Part shown: in pieces, positions 12,726 through 25,877 of the stretch
How positions within the stretch are numbered: position 1 is the stretch's first letter
How the letters are laid out: each line of letters opens with the position of its first letter
Assembly: GCF_021028975.2 (NCBI RefSeq)
Contig: NC_059439.1
Coordinates: forward strand, 23,002,001-23,066,000
Length of the DNA stretch: 64,000 nucleotides
DNA from: Sphaerodactylus townsendi
Taxonomy: Eukaryota
Reading direction: 5' to 3'
The notes under the pieces: model-generated
What the model saw: only the letters and a program-made list of their open reading frames with translations
What the model was told of the DNA's origin: nothing
Database searches by the model: none
Position numbers and translations under genes: made by a program

Positions 12726-12865
12726 GGCCCCTTCCACTCACACAAAATAATGTATTTCAAACCACCTTCACAACTGTTTGCAAGTGGATTTTGCTATTCC
12801 GCACAGCTTCAAAGAGCACTGAAAGCAGTTTGAAAGTGCGTTATTCTGCATGTGCGGAATGAGCC
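12726..12865. mobile_element. Harbinger-type MITE, ~140-bp family (also 45020-45070 partial, 55335-55464, 61668-61808)
   Basis: TIRs ggccccttcc(g)ca / tgcggaatgagcc; the 55335 copy has a 3-bp TSD gaa. Confidence 0.8.
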
Positions 12866-12943
12866 ATAGATATAAAGCAGGGTCTCTCACAATTGAAGCA
12901 CATGTTTCCATCAGTACCATTGAGACCAGAGTCTAAAATTAAC

Positions 12944-12984
12944 TGGTGGTGGTGGTGGTGGTGGTGGTGGTGGTGGTGGTGGTG
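12944..12984. repeat. (TGG)n microsatellite
   Basis: Direct; expanded relative to the other units. Confidence 0.95.
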
Positions 12985-13196
12985 GAAAGATTTATCAACA
13001 TATAGCTGTTTTAAGGGTTTTCAGGACAAGAGACTAGCAGAGGTGGTTTGCCATTACCTGCCACTGCATAGCCACTTTGAACTTCCTTGTTGGTCTCCCA
13101 TCTCAAAGACTTGTTGGCATTTCTCTCCCTGTTAAGAGATACCTCTGCATTACAGCAGAGTGCACAGAGGCAAAACATGGCAGAGCTTAACCAGGA

Positions 13197-13197
<1 letters not shown>

Positions 13198-13246
<49 letters not shown>
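13198..13246. repeat. (TG)n microsatellite
   Basis: Direct. Confidence 0.95.
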
Positions 13247-13250
<4 letters not shown>

Positions 13251-13547
13251 CAAAAGAAGCTCAGAGACTATTCATAGCTTCTATCTAATAAGAGGAACCT
13301 TTATTAGTGAACACCATTTTCGATAGAAAAATGGAGTGATAGGTCCTCCATTCTAATCTAACTAGCTGGATGGTGAGGGATGGGAGATCCAACCCCTACA
13401 TGGGAGATCCATATACGATGAGACAGTGTAACTATTACTTTTACATACAATTGTGCTCCCATTTGAATTTCAACTTATTTAGGCTTTCTTGCCACCAACA
13501 TGCTCTGTTCCCTTGATAAGTTTGGTGACTTTTTGATTCCCTTCCCA

Positions 13548-16402
13548 GCAGCAATCCAAGTATTTAAAATAAAGGTACTTTTTCAAAGTTTATGTTGCAC
13601 CCCAGTCTGGAGTACTGCTTTAAACAAGGCTGTTGAATGTGCGCAAGCGTCTTTCTTTAGACCTACCTTAGAAGTCAAAAATGTGTCCCTTACTTGGCCA
13701 TGCGTGCTGAACTAGGTCAAAGTCATGTTGAAGTCATGGCTTGGATTGCCACTTTTAAATACTGGATCAAAACACATTTTAGAAATGATATCACAAGCCT
13801 ACTGGATTTCCTAAAGAGCGATTCTTACTGTTCCAAATATTCTCATGCAGTTATGCTAAAATTAACACAGATTGGAATTGCTTTTGATTCATAATTACTT
13901 TTTGATGGAAGAAATATATTTACATCTATTAAACAGAGAATATTGGACCAGGAGCATCAACAATTCTTTCCTGCTCAGCCATTTGTGTGTTCTCCTGCTT
14001 TTATTGGCATTCAGAACCAACTGTTTCTTATAAAACAGCTACACACTTGCACTAGCTGCAGAATAAGAGCCGCAACAAAAGGACCGCTCACAGAAAATAT
14101 CATCACAACCAGAGGGGTCAAACAAGGCTGTACATTGGCCCCCACTTTGTTCAATATATTCCTTAGTGATCTAGTGCCAACCCTCCAGAAGGCCAATGGG
14201 CATGTTCCCAAACTAAGCACTAAACACGTGCCCGCGTTACTGTATGCTGACGACTTACCGTTCTTCTTTCCCACACTAAAGAAGTTGGTCTCTACCTCGT
14301 CCTCTTTAAATTGCTGTGCTGAATATTGTAAGAGGAACGAACTGGTAATTAACTATGAAAAAACCAAAATAATGGTCTTCGCTAGAAGACCCCCTAGTCA
14401 TACATGGACCATCAATAACAGACCCATAGAACAAGTTAACCAGTTCAAATATTTGGGCATAACTCTTACTAGCAACCTTAATTGGGCAGTACATAGGAAA
14501 TTAGCACTTTCGCTGCAGCTAACAACGCCAGTGCCCTAGCAATTCGAAAGCGTTTCTTTTTTCACTGTGGGCCACCAGGTATATACCATCCGCATTGAAG
14601 GTGTTCAATGCTAAATGCCGCTCTCAGCTCCTCTATGGAGCACCTATTTGGATCGGAGCTATAAACAAAATATAAACACAGCCCAGCCCGTTTCTTCCAC
14701 AAAATTATGGGCTTACCAAATTGTGCTTCATATGCAGCCCTATGTTTAGAACTCGGGCAAATATCATATGCCACGATGGCCTGGCTGAGAACTGTCAGAT
14801 ACTGGCTACGTATCCACTATTTGCAGGATCACTCCAGTTTGTTACACCTCATGCTTTCCGACTATGCAAATTCTGGGTGGCTGAAACTAGTTGAGGGAAA
14901 AATCAACACTCTTGGCTTTTCATTAGAGTCGTTAGTCCCTCTTTCCCTATCAGAAGCATATAGCTGCTTGAAAACTAAGCTATTAGAACAAGACTATCGG
15001 GATATGATAACAGCTGCGAGGAAAACGTGTTCCCCCCTGACCCTGCTTATTCCAATTGAACAAGGACACATGGCCAATTATTTACAGTGGATCACCAACC
15101 CTAAATTAAGAAGAGCTTTAACACTGGCCAGATTCAATCTAATGCCTTCTATGCTGCTCTATGGCAGATATCAACACATTGATAAACAGAGGAGGCTATG
15201 TCCATGCAATATGGGTCAGGTGGAGACACTCGATCATACCCTCTTTCATTGTGTAAGGTTTGCAAAAATCAGAATGTCACAATCTGCACTTATCCCATTT
15301 CTGTATAACAATCTAACTGATGCTCTTAAGATACCTATGCTTTTGAACAATATGGATCCCACAGTGTGTGAGAATGTAGCAAAATTTCTGCTAATAATAG
15401 GCGTGGGGAGTCTAGATGAATACCAACCAATGTCTATGTATTATGACCACATGTAGCCAGCAGTAGTTTTTCTAGCTTCTGTCAGTATCCGATGACGTTT
15501 AAGTGAGTTAACTTAGCTGAAGGAATGTCCTATAGTTACAGAAGGACCATGTATATATTTTAGTATTTAGTATTTTAGTACCAGTGTCTATAATTGTGAG
15601 CAATAATGGGCAAATTTTGTATGCTGATTTTGTATGTTTATTTTATGCCAATAAAGGCTTGTGACTGACTACTCCGGAATCTCAAACCGAGGTCGCCAGG
15701 AAATGGAGATTATTGGACCAGGAGCATCAACAATTCTTTCCTGCTCAGCCATTTGTGTGTTCTCCTGCTTTTATTGGCATCCAGAACCAACTGGGTCATA
15801 TGAGCCAATATTTTTATTTCCTTGAAGTTCTCGCCTAAAGAAGGGCTTTTACTTTAGCATGCATGAATGCTTTTCCTTTCAGCGTTCTCTCTGGCAGATA
15901 TCTACATATCCCCTATCATGAGAGACTATGTCCATGTGGGGCTGGGACGCCTGATTCATTCATTCACATTATTCTAGAATGCCACTTATTTGCTGAGCCT
16001 CGTAGAATATTTCTTTCACCTACATTACGGAGAAAAATTCAGTAATGCTCAGAACTTTCTGTTCCTATTGTCAGGCTCTAATAAGGCGATATCCATTTTA
16101 GTAACTAATTTTTTTTATTAACAATGTTAACCTTAGATAAATAAGGGTTTTATTTGCATTTCAGTCAAATGGATGAGCTGATTATGTGCTATTTTAATTG
16201 ACTTAGTAATTTTATCTGTGTTGGATTTTAATATTTGAATTAGCATTTTCTTTTACAATATGGAATACCTTAACTAGATGTTACTTATAGGGATCATTTA
16301 GTTGTTCACTGCAAATGTTAAACTCATTTTATGTACTTGAATTATGCCTATTAAAGGTATTAAGAATAAAAATTATTAAAGGTATTAAGAATAAAAATAA
16401 AG
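13548..16402 (+). mobile_element. RTE-X-like LINE 3' fragment hosting a nested younger LINE
   Basis: RLCPCGAGTPDSFIHIILEC at 15863-16045; 13-bp TSD gattcccttccca at 13535-13547 and 16403-16415; empty site in units A, C and D. Confidence 0.8.
14024..15670 (+). mobile_element. RTE-X-like LINE (RT domain to 3' end), nested insertion
   Basis: GVKQGCTLAPTLFNIFL, LLYADDL, INYEKTKIMVF, EQVNQFKYLG; C-terminal Cys/His motif; (gact)n tail; frameshifted. Confidence 0.9.
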
Positions 16403-16488
16403 GATTCCCTTCCCACCATTTTGAGATGATCATACTATAAAATTTCAGTAGCAATTATTTAAGTACTTTGAATATCTTATTTAAGTAC

Positions 16489-16520
16489 CTTGCATCACTG
16501 TTGGATTCTGAGTCAACCAT
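16489..16520 (-). CDS. Predicted upstream coding exon of OR copy 2 (MVDSESNSDA-R)
   Basis: gcaATGG Kozak context; GCA AG|GTACTT donor; phase 2 matches acceptor at 12637/12636. Confidence 0.75.
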
Positions 16521-16972
16521 TGCTCTGTGTTCCATACCAGAAGGATGATTCCTCTGTCCTTCTGCTTGAAATGCTGTTGTGCAATTACAAACAAAACACT
16601 CAAACAATTGCAAGCCTTCAGGAAATAACAATGTAAAGTTCCTTGCTGCTTTTCCCTTTGAGATGCTGAGCTGTTCCGGGAAGGAGGAAGAATGGGAGAC
16701 CTCAAGGAGCTTGATCCATGGTTGTCCTAATGTATCTAGCAGGTGCTCCCTGGAGTCTTTTGTAACCCAGCAGCATAAATTAAAAGTAACGAAGTAAAAC
16801 TATTTCCTGGCATACAGACTTCTTTGGTTTTACGAAATTATGGAAAAGACCATTAAGCAGACTTTCTCTGTTGCTTAGTGAAGAACTGATGCATTCTGGG
16901 GGCTGGATCCAGCCTGCTGCCAATGTAATATTGCGGAAAATTTCTTCAGTCAGGAAAAAGACAGGACTGTCA

Positions 16973-17110
16973 GTGTACATCTTACCAGACTCCACTTCTC
17001 TTAAAGACTTGAAGAATGCTTTTTCTGTCTTTTACACCATCCTAACATTTCTGGTCAACACTCATATATATATATGTGAAACAAAGATATTAAAGACTCT
17101 CTTCAGAGAT
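16973..17110 (+). pseudogene. OR6/11-like TM7 relic, second copy
   Basis: VYILPDSTSLKDLKNAFSVFYTILTFLVNTHIY, then frameshifted *NKDIKDSLQR. Confidence 0.8.
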
Positions 17111-17402
17111 TTGAAATTATACTATTTGGCAGAGTTCAGGCATTGAAATAAAAAAGTAAGATGGCATTGTGCTTAAAACAGGAACCCAGAGAATTCTTGA
17201 AATAGTCAAAAACCAAGATCACAATTCAGAACACATTCACTAAGGATTAAACCTCATTTTGTTTTGTGGAACTAATATCAGAGCAAACATACTTAACAAT
17301 GTCCTGTGTGTTTGCCTTTACTACTTTTTGGTTTCTATAAGGAATGAATCAGATCCTAACAACTTTTCTGCTCAATATGTTATTATTGATTCTTACCATT
17401 TA

Positions 17403-19140
17403 ATCATAGAATCATAAAGTTGGAAGAGACTCCAAGGGCCATCAAGTCCAACCCCCTGCAATACAGGTACACTTAATCAAAGCCCTCCCGACAGATGGCC
17501 ATCCAGCCTCTCTTTAAAAACCTCCAAAGAAGGAGACTCCACCATACTCCTAGGTTGTGCATTCCACTGTCGAACAGCCCTTACTGTCAGGAAGTTTTTC
17601 CTGCTGTTTAGGTGGTATCTCTTTCCCTTCACCTGGTCCTGGCAGAAAACATGCAGCTCCCTCACCAACATGGCATCCCTTCAAATATCTAAACAGGGCA
17701 ATCATGTTACCTCTTAAGCTTCTGTACACCAAATTAAACATACCCAGCTCCCTAAATTACTCCTTGTAGGGCATGGATTCCAGACGGTTTGCCATGTTGC
17801 CCTCTTCTGGACCCGTTCCAGCTTGTCAATATCCTTCTTGAACTGTGGTGCCCAGAACTGTACACAATATTCCAGTTGAGGTCTATCTAATGCTGAATAG
17901 AGAGGTACAATTACATCCCTTGATCCAGACACTATATTCCTACTGATACAGCCCAGAATCACATTAGCTTTCTTGGCTGCCCCATAACACTGCTGACTCA
18001 TGTTCAGTTTGTGGTCTACTAAGACTCCCAGATCCCTTTCGCATGTAGTGTTGTTACCCAGCTTTCACAGGTTGTGAACTTATTTTTAAGGAATCTCCAC
18101 CAGATGCTAAGAGTGTAGTCAAGCCAAGTGTCACCCATCCTATATCTGTGCATTTCATTTGTTCTGCCAAAGTATCTTACATATATCTCTGCTGACATTA
18201 ATTTGTTTATTTTGGTCTCTAATCTCTGTCTCTAACCTCTCTAATAAACCAGGTCATTTTGAATTCTGACTCTGTCTTCTGGGGTATTAGCTGCCCCACC
18301 TATTTTGGTGTCATCTGCTAATTTGATTAGTATGCCTTCTATTCCATCATCCCAGTTGTTGATAAAAATATTGAATAGCACTGGGCCCGGGATAGAACCC
18401 TGTGGACACTACTAGTCACTTCTCTCCAGGATGAAGATGAGCCATTGATGAGCACCCTTTGAGTTTGGTCCATCAACCAATTACAAATCCATCTAATAGT
18501 ATCATTGTCTAGTCCACATTTCACTAGGGCCGTTTCCACACGGCGGCGGAACATAGCTTCGGCTTCTTGGCGCCGACCGGAAGCAGGGACCGTCCGCCGT
18601 GACGGTCCGGGAAGAGGCGGGCAGCCGGCGCCACGGAGTGCCGGCGCCAGCACGACCCGGCTTGTCCCTGGGCCTCTGGCATGTCGCCGAGGCCTGGGGA
18701 CACGCCCTGACCCTGTCGGCCTGCTCGGCGAGCAGCAGGGCGAGGCGGTCCCCAGGCCTCAGTGACGCGCCGGAGGCCCAGGGACAAGGTGAGTGCCGGG
18801 TCGGGGAGGCGCGGTGAAGCGGCGTATTCAAAAAAGAACGCTTCTTAGCATTCTCAGAATACGCCGGCTGCGCCGCCCGTGCGAATGGCAGCCTGGAGAC
18901 GGCGTTTTTACCGTCTCCAGGCCGTCATTTTCCGCCCGTGCGGAAACGGCCTAGGTTACTTGCGAGAATATTATGGGGTACGTTGTCAAAAGCTTTACTA
19001 AAATGATGGTATGCTATGTCCACAGAATTCCCTTCATCTACCAAGCTTGTCACTCTATCCAAAAAAAAGAGAGATAAGATTAGTCTGGCATGTTGTTTTT
19101 TAGAAACCCATGCTGACGTTTTATGATCACGGTATTCTGT
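17403..19140 (-). mobile_element. CR1 LINE ORF2 3' portion, interrupted by a MITE
   Basis: [52 protein letters not shown]; (ttctatga)n tail at ~17403. Confidence 0.92.
18528..18951. mobile_element. Harbinger-type MITE, CpG-rich (young)
   Basis: TIRs ggccgtttccacacgg / ccgtgcggaaacggcc; 3-bp TSD tag. Confidence 0.85.
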
Positions 19141-19443
19141 CCTAAGTTGGCAAATATTAAAATTAAAATATTCTAATATGTTTTCTCTGGTTCCTGATGA
19201 AATGGATGCTTCATGCAGACTCCTTTTTTTAACTGGATAATTCTGATCTCACAACTTGTAAAATGGTAGCAAAATTTTAATTGGAAGTGATGTATAACCA
19301 GTAGCCTACACTCATGCCAGATATTTTGTATTTGAATACTGCTCTTATTATAAATTCTGTATTTTTGATATGATCTTATTTTAATTGTTTTATGCCAAAT
19401 AAAGACTAAAGAAAAAAACCAATGTTAAATAAAATTGCAATAA

Positions 19444-20124
19444 AACGCAGCCCTGGAATTACCCAGGGCTACTATTGCGGCAGTGAACAGGAGACCAAGA
19501 AAAGACTGGCTGCAAAGCAGCAGGACTGCCAGGCCAGTGGTCACATGACTGGGGCCGGTCATGTGCCAGGGGAGCCTGGGCGCACCTATATAACGTTGTG
19601 CCCGGCTGGCCACAGCCTCTTTCAAGGCCATCAGAGCCAGCAGACCCACCCTCCCTCCCTGTGTTATGAGTTGGATTGGGGGTATTTATTGTTGAGTGTT
19701 AATTTGTTTTTGTCACAGCTTGGATGGTTTTGGGCATAGGAGCACATCCTTTATGGGGAGGCCGAGCTTGTGTGCTGGACCTCCCCCCAGCTGGGGGCCT
19801 CAATAAGAGGTCTGGGGTGGGGTGGGCTCATGGTGCAGGCCATGGAGCCTTGCAAATGAGCCTGCTAACCCCAGCAGGAAGGGTTGTCACATAATGGGTA
19901 TGCGCTAAGGTGGCACCTAGTAACTTTCTGTCTCATCCCCCAGTAAGGATTGGGGATAATGCCGGGTTCAGCAGGCCGTACGCTTGCTGTCCACGGTCTG
20001 GGTTCAGCATTGGTGCTGCCCAGCTTTCTACACTGGTTTTAATAAACAGGCTGTGGCCAAAATTTATTCCAATGAAAACAGTGTCTGTCATCTTTGGAAG
20101 CGACCCTCTGCACATCAGCATGCA
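19444..20124 (+). mobile_element. LTR-like solo repeat (possibly a DIRS/Ngaro terminal repeat)
   Basis: cctatataa at ~19586; aataaacaggctgtggccaaaatttattcca near the end; absent at the unit B site (~8290). Confidence 0.5.
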
Positions 20125-21555
20125 ATTCAATAACAAAATGAATCCAAAGACTGCACTTGTAACAGCACCAAAACATCAGTTCGATTGCTTGTAGCTTTTA
20201 TTATGGATTGATTTGATGTGTTTTGGTCAGATAGGTCTTCTTCAGAGGTTTAAATACATAGACACAAACACAAACAGTAGTTAAGAACGAGCAAAAACAA
20301 AGGACACAAAGAATATGGTAGAAAAGTTGACTATGAATCTCTAGTCATGTGTAGGTCATATAATTACTGGCAGATAACAGTCGCTATACATTTAGGAACT
20401 CATATTATGAATGGTAACCAACTATTCTTAACTGGGTACAAATTCACAGAATGTGTGCCAGTGGAAATCTAAAAAAAAGAGTGCTAAATTCTGAGCGGGG
20501 GGATGGGGGGGGGTACCTGACCTTAATTTCCAATTCCTAGGCTAGCCTAGTCAATTCCTAGGCTAGCCTAGTCAATTAAGCTAAGCAGGGTTGGTCCTGC
20601 TCAGTATTTGTATGGTAGACCTCTAAGGAATATCGGGTCACAATACTGGGACCTCTAAGGAATACCGGGTCACAATACTGGGGCAATTGGTTTTCCTCCT
20701 GCTAGAAAGTGACCTACATGAAATCTACTTACTTGTCTCTAGTCTTGAAAACCCTGCTGAGTTTCCATAAGTCAGCTGTGAGTTGGCTGGGATAAACAGA
20801 AGAAAAAAAGGGGTTTTTGAAGCCACATACCAGGAAGTCAGTCAGAGATAACTCGGATTCAGACTGACCAAAGCTGAAAACTGGGACAACTAAGCAGCTA
20901 TGCTTAGTGCAACCTCTATCCAAACACCCATGGCACCTATTATCTCACAGCACTGACTAAGCAGCATCTGAGAATGGAGAAGAGCAACTCCAAACAGTGG
21001 AAGTCCATGTGATGAGTGCTCTGAAAGGGTATCTCAGCGGATGAAACCATCCCCCCCCATGTCTATGTCTCAGTTTACCAACAATTGCTGTGACAGCCCA
21101 AGAGATTGAGCTCCCCCCCCCCAAAAAAAAACTTTGAAAGATACATTAATCAAAACCAAAGAGTCTAAAGGAAGGGAATGCTGAAATATTAATACTGTGA
21201 TTTCTTTGTGAGTCATTCTACTTCTGCAACAAAATCACAGAATTACTCTTTATAAATTGTAACCACACAAACTGTAGGGGTAGACTGTATATTCAAAAGA
21301 AAATAATAGAAGAGCCTTATTCATCCAACACTCAGAACAATATTACCCAACATACAAATTTTTCTGGTACAGGAGATTTATCATGATTCATATAGATATA
21401 GCCATTGATAGCCATTGTCTGCATATATAAATTAGGTTAGAATTATATTATATGAGGTAAAAATATCATGCCAATTAGAATACATCAGTATCCAAAACAG
21501 CACAATGCAGCTATTTACACTAGTATCAACTGGGCTTAGTTCACTGGGAAGTTTA

Positions 21556-22510
21556 TCAAATGATCACGCAAAATCCAAACCGTTTCTTTAACATTTTCTG
21601 CATGGCTACATGGATTTCTTTGTTTTTCAGACTATAAATAATGGGATTCAGGAGTGGTGGCAAAATGGTGTACAATACAGCAGCCGTCAGGTCTACTGGT
21701 GCAGAAGACATGGATTTTGGTTTCATATAAGAAAACAAAGCAGTAGAGAGAAACAAGGAAAGCACAGTCAAGTGTGGGATGCAAGTGGAAAAGGCTTTAG
21801 ACCTGGCCTTGGCTGATTTAATTTTTAGCACGTTTTGCAAGATAAATGCATAAGAAGTTACAATACCGAAAAAGCAAAATGAGCAAATAACCACTGCTTC
21901 AATAACAAGAACCACCATATTGGCAGTTGTATCAGTGCAAGAAATCATTAATAATTGGGGGATGTCACAGAAATATTGTTCAATCTTAGAGCTGGAAAAA
22001 TGTAACCTGAATGTGTTTGCAGTATTCATAGAAGCACTGATTATGCTGCTGATCCAAGACGCTGCTGCCATTTGGATGCAAGTATTCCAGTTCATCAACA
22101 TTGTGTATTGTAGAGGATGACAAATTGCTACATAGCGGTCATAAGCCATCACAGCCAGAAAGGTCAGCTCGACACCTGCACAAGTCAACACTAAGAACAC
22201 TTGCGCGACACATCCAGGGAAAGAAATCAGTTTGTTGTTTGTCCAGGAAATCGCCATGGATTTGGGGACAGTGGCAGAGATATAGCAAGCATCTGATAAA
22301 GAGAGGTTGGCTAGGAAGAAATACATGGGATTGTGAAGAGACTGATTCTGGACTACAGTCAGCATCAGAAGGAAGTTCCCCACCAAGGCCGCTGAGTAAA
22401 TGGAAAGGAATGTCACAAAGTGTAAAATCTGGAGCTCTGGGAGATCAGAAAATCCCAGGAGGGAGAAGGCTGGGACAGTTTGATTCCCCCTTCCTTCAGT
22501 GAGACGAACC
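21556..22510 (-). CDS. Olfactory receptor, family-14-like, copy 3 (main coding exon; 328 aa if spliced to 23997-24028)
   Basis: All OR motifs present; open frame 21556-22566. Confidence 0.95.
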
Positions 22511-23996
22511 CTTGTAGAAAGAAAAGGAAACATGTCATTGAGGAATAAAACTAAGGAAGGAACCATGTCTGGAGTTTAGAGCAAAGATATATGGACATAG
22601 ATACAAATTAGGGTCTCTTACATTTGAAGTACATCTTCCTATCTGTACCATAAAGACCACAGTCTAAAATTAACTGATGATGGTGGTGGTGGAAAGTGTC
22701 ATCAACCTGTAGCTGATTTAAGGGTTTTTAGGACAAGAGATGAGCAGAGGTGTCGTTACTTGCCTCTGTAAAGCAACTTTGGACTTCCTTGTTGGTCTCT
22801 CATCTCAAATACTTGCTGGTATTTGTCTCCCTGTTAAGAGATACCTTTGCATTACAGCAGAGTGCACAGAGGCAAAACATGTCAGAGCTTAGCCAGGAAT
22901 GTGTGTGTATGGAAAACAAAAGAAGCTCGGAGGCAATTCATAGTTTCTATTTAATAAGAGGAGCCTTAATGAACTCCATTCTTGATAGAACAATGGAGAG
23001 ATAGGTCCACTTTCCTAATCTAACTAGCTGGATGGTGAGGGATGCCATCTGCATCTCCCTGCACATACAGTGCAAGATGGAGGAATGTGTGCAAGAATGG
23101 TGATTTGTGTGTGAAAAAGAAGCAGGAAGGAAGGGAGTTCCCTGAGGGTAGCAATCTACACATCAAAGGGATAACGTTAGAGCAGTGGAGAAAGGGTTCT
23201 TTCTCAGTGTCTTGACCTCCTCTGGCTATTTGATTTACTAATCAGTTCCCCCACCCCCATCACTGAGGCAGAAGACAGTGCACAGTCCTTCACTTCCAAC
23301 AATACTGACCAGGGCCAACCCTGCTTTCATTTATGGTTATTATAGGTTTTCCAACAAAACACAGCTTCCTGTGGTTTTCAAAATAATGTGTGCCAAACCA
23401 TTACAAGACTGACTGTTCAAAGAAGCTTGAAAATTTAAAAAAATGTATGCCAATTGTACTGAGATTTATATCCAACCATGATCCAATTTTTATTGTACAA
23501 TGGGTCTACTCTGTGTGTTTTGGAAATATGATCAATGGTCTAAGGATATACCGTGATAAGTATCCAAAAATCAGGCGTGGAAAATTTTCTTTCCCTATTA
23601 TTTGGACTTCTGGAATTTAGATGATACATATTGTAAGTGTCTGCCATAGGTTATTGATGCCAGACATTGATGCCAGACATTGTAAGTGTCTGCCATAGGT
23701 TATAACTGTTGATAGAATTAGCCTCTGTGATTGTAACTAATCATGAAGAAATCTACAGCTGGTAGGGAAATCTATATACTATGAGACAGTATAACTATTG
23801 CTTAAAAATACAATTGTGCTCCCATTCTAATTTCAAGTTATTTACGCTTTCTTTCCACTTAAGTGCCCTGTTCCCCTGATAAGTCAGGTGACTTTTGATT
23901 CCCTTCCCACCGTTTTGAGATGATGATACCATTATTGAAACAATAAAATCTCAGCAGCAATTTTTTAAAATTATCTTGAATATCTTATTTAAGTAC

Positions 23997-24028
23997 CTTG
24001 CATCACTGGTGCATTCTGAGTCAACCAT
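23997..24028 (-). CDS. Predicted upstream coding exon of OR copy 3 (MVDSECTSDA-R)
   Basis: gcaATGG; GCA AG|GTACTT; phase 2 matches acceptor at 22511/22510. Confidence 0.72.
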
Positions 24029-25220
24029 TGCTCTGTGTTCAATGTCAGAAGGACGATTTTTCCGCCCTTCTGCTTGAAATGCTGTTGTACAGTTACAAAC
24101 ACAACACTCAGACAATTGCAAGCCTCCAAGAAGCAATGTAAAATGTCTTGCTTCTTTTTTTCCTGTGAGATGCTGCACTGTTCCTGGAAGGAAGAAGAAT
24201 GGGAGACCTCAAGGAGCTTGATCCATGGTTGTCTTAATGAATTGAGCAAATGCTCCCTGGAGTCTTTTGTAACCCAGTAGCATAAATTAAAAGTAACAAA
24301 GTAAAACTATTTCCTGGTATGCAGGCTTCTTTGGTTTTATGGAGAACACAATTAAGCAGTCTTTTGCTGTTGCTCAGTGGAGAACTGATGCATTCTGTAT
24401 GCTGGATCCAGCCTGCTGTTCTTCTGAGGAAAAATAGCAACGGTCCTCTTTAGTCAGGAAAATGACAGGACTGTTACAAGATGGCTCTTTTTGCCCTGGC
24501 GGCTAGGAAAATGCGAGCAGAGTATTTAAAGCACTCTTTGAACTGATGATTCAATGAGCTTGTGGTCCACTTAGTTTAGTATGAAGAAGTTGTTAAAACA
24601 CCTGACATGGAAAGTATTTGATGGGGCAATTTAATTTGGATATAGTGAATATAAATAATTTATATTTTAACCGAAAGATAAATTTAGTATTTTAATCTGA
24701 ATGTTTTAACTGTATGTATTTTTGGATGTTATAGCCAATGGCTCAAACAATAAATACTACTTGACTTGACAGGACAGTCAAAAACCAAAATCATATAATT
24801 CAGAACACATTCACTTAGAATTAAGCCTCATTTTGCTTTGTGGAGCTAATATATCATTGCCAACATTCTTAGGAATGCACTGCGTACATTTTGGTTTCTA
24901 AAAGCAATGAATCAAATCCTAACAGCCTTTCTTCTCAATATTTTATTATTGATTCTTACGATTTAATCTAATTTACCTGCCTATAGCACACATAAAAATG
25001 GGAATAGGTGGCAGAGATTAATTTTTCATCAAGCTCTTTGGAGAAATAGGGTAATTCTGTAAAAAAAGTGGGCTAATTAATAATTTGAATTAGCCATGTT
25101 AATTTGTTGCAGCAAAAAAGAACAATAACTTTAATTAAGCTTTTCTAAGCTAGAATCCCCTTTGTCAGAAAAGTGAAGTGTCCTAAGACTCCTTTCTTCT
25201 TGTTATAATATGTTGATCAA

Positions 25221-25877
25221 ATCCTGGCCAGGATTTGTTTTAATCGAGATGAACTGGACTATACATCCCAGGGATGCTCCATCCTCCACACAACCCAGCG
25301 GTGGGTTAAAATCGAAGCCAAACTTAATGAGTTAGGCATTTCCTTGGATGACCTGCTAATGCTAACAGAGCAGGAGGTCTATGGGGCTAACAAGAAGAGG
25401 TTTTTTGACAGAGAGTTTCAACAGATGCTAGAGAGGAACCTGTACTCTCCTGGTTCGGGCCGGTGGCGTAGAGCAATCACATATGGCTAGGTGTAAATGC
25501 CTGCGCTTCTTCCTTTAGCCTTGGACAAGGCCACCTTGCAGAATCCCACATAAAAGAAGAGGAAATGCCCGTGTGGCATGGGTTCTCAATCAAACAAGTA
25601 TCTCATATGCTGTTGAATTGTCCTTTTGAGATAGGTAGGAAGAAGCGCATAATCCCCTTCCTGCATGGAAGTTGAAGGGCATTACAGATACCAAGCAGAA
25701 GGTTCATATCCATCTTTTAAACAGCCACAACTACGAGCTGTTGGAAGCAGTGGCTAAATATTTAAATGGTGTTATTTTAACTCGTCAGAAGTTGTAAAGT
25801 TGTAAAGGCTGTTATTATCTTGCTAAGTTAATCTTAAACTATTTATATGCCATTAAAGGTATTCGAAATCGAAATCG
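25221..25877 (+). mobile_element. RTE-X-like LINE 3' fragment
   Basis: attaaaggtatt(cgaaat)n tail; 14-bp TSD aatatgttgatcaa at 25207-25220 and 25878-25891; empty site at ~8090. Confidence 0.75.

Noticed and set aside
12893-13253. Poly-Trp and poly-(His-Thr) ORFs
   Set aside because: Microsatellite translations.
16481-16705. Conserved small protein ORFs in the repeated upstream block (also 23989-24249, 7259-7564)
   Set aside because: Similarity reflects recent duplication; starts and frames are not preserved across units.
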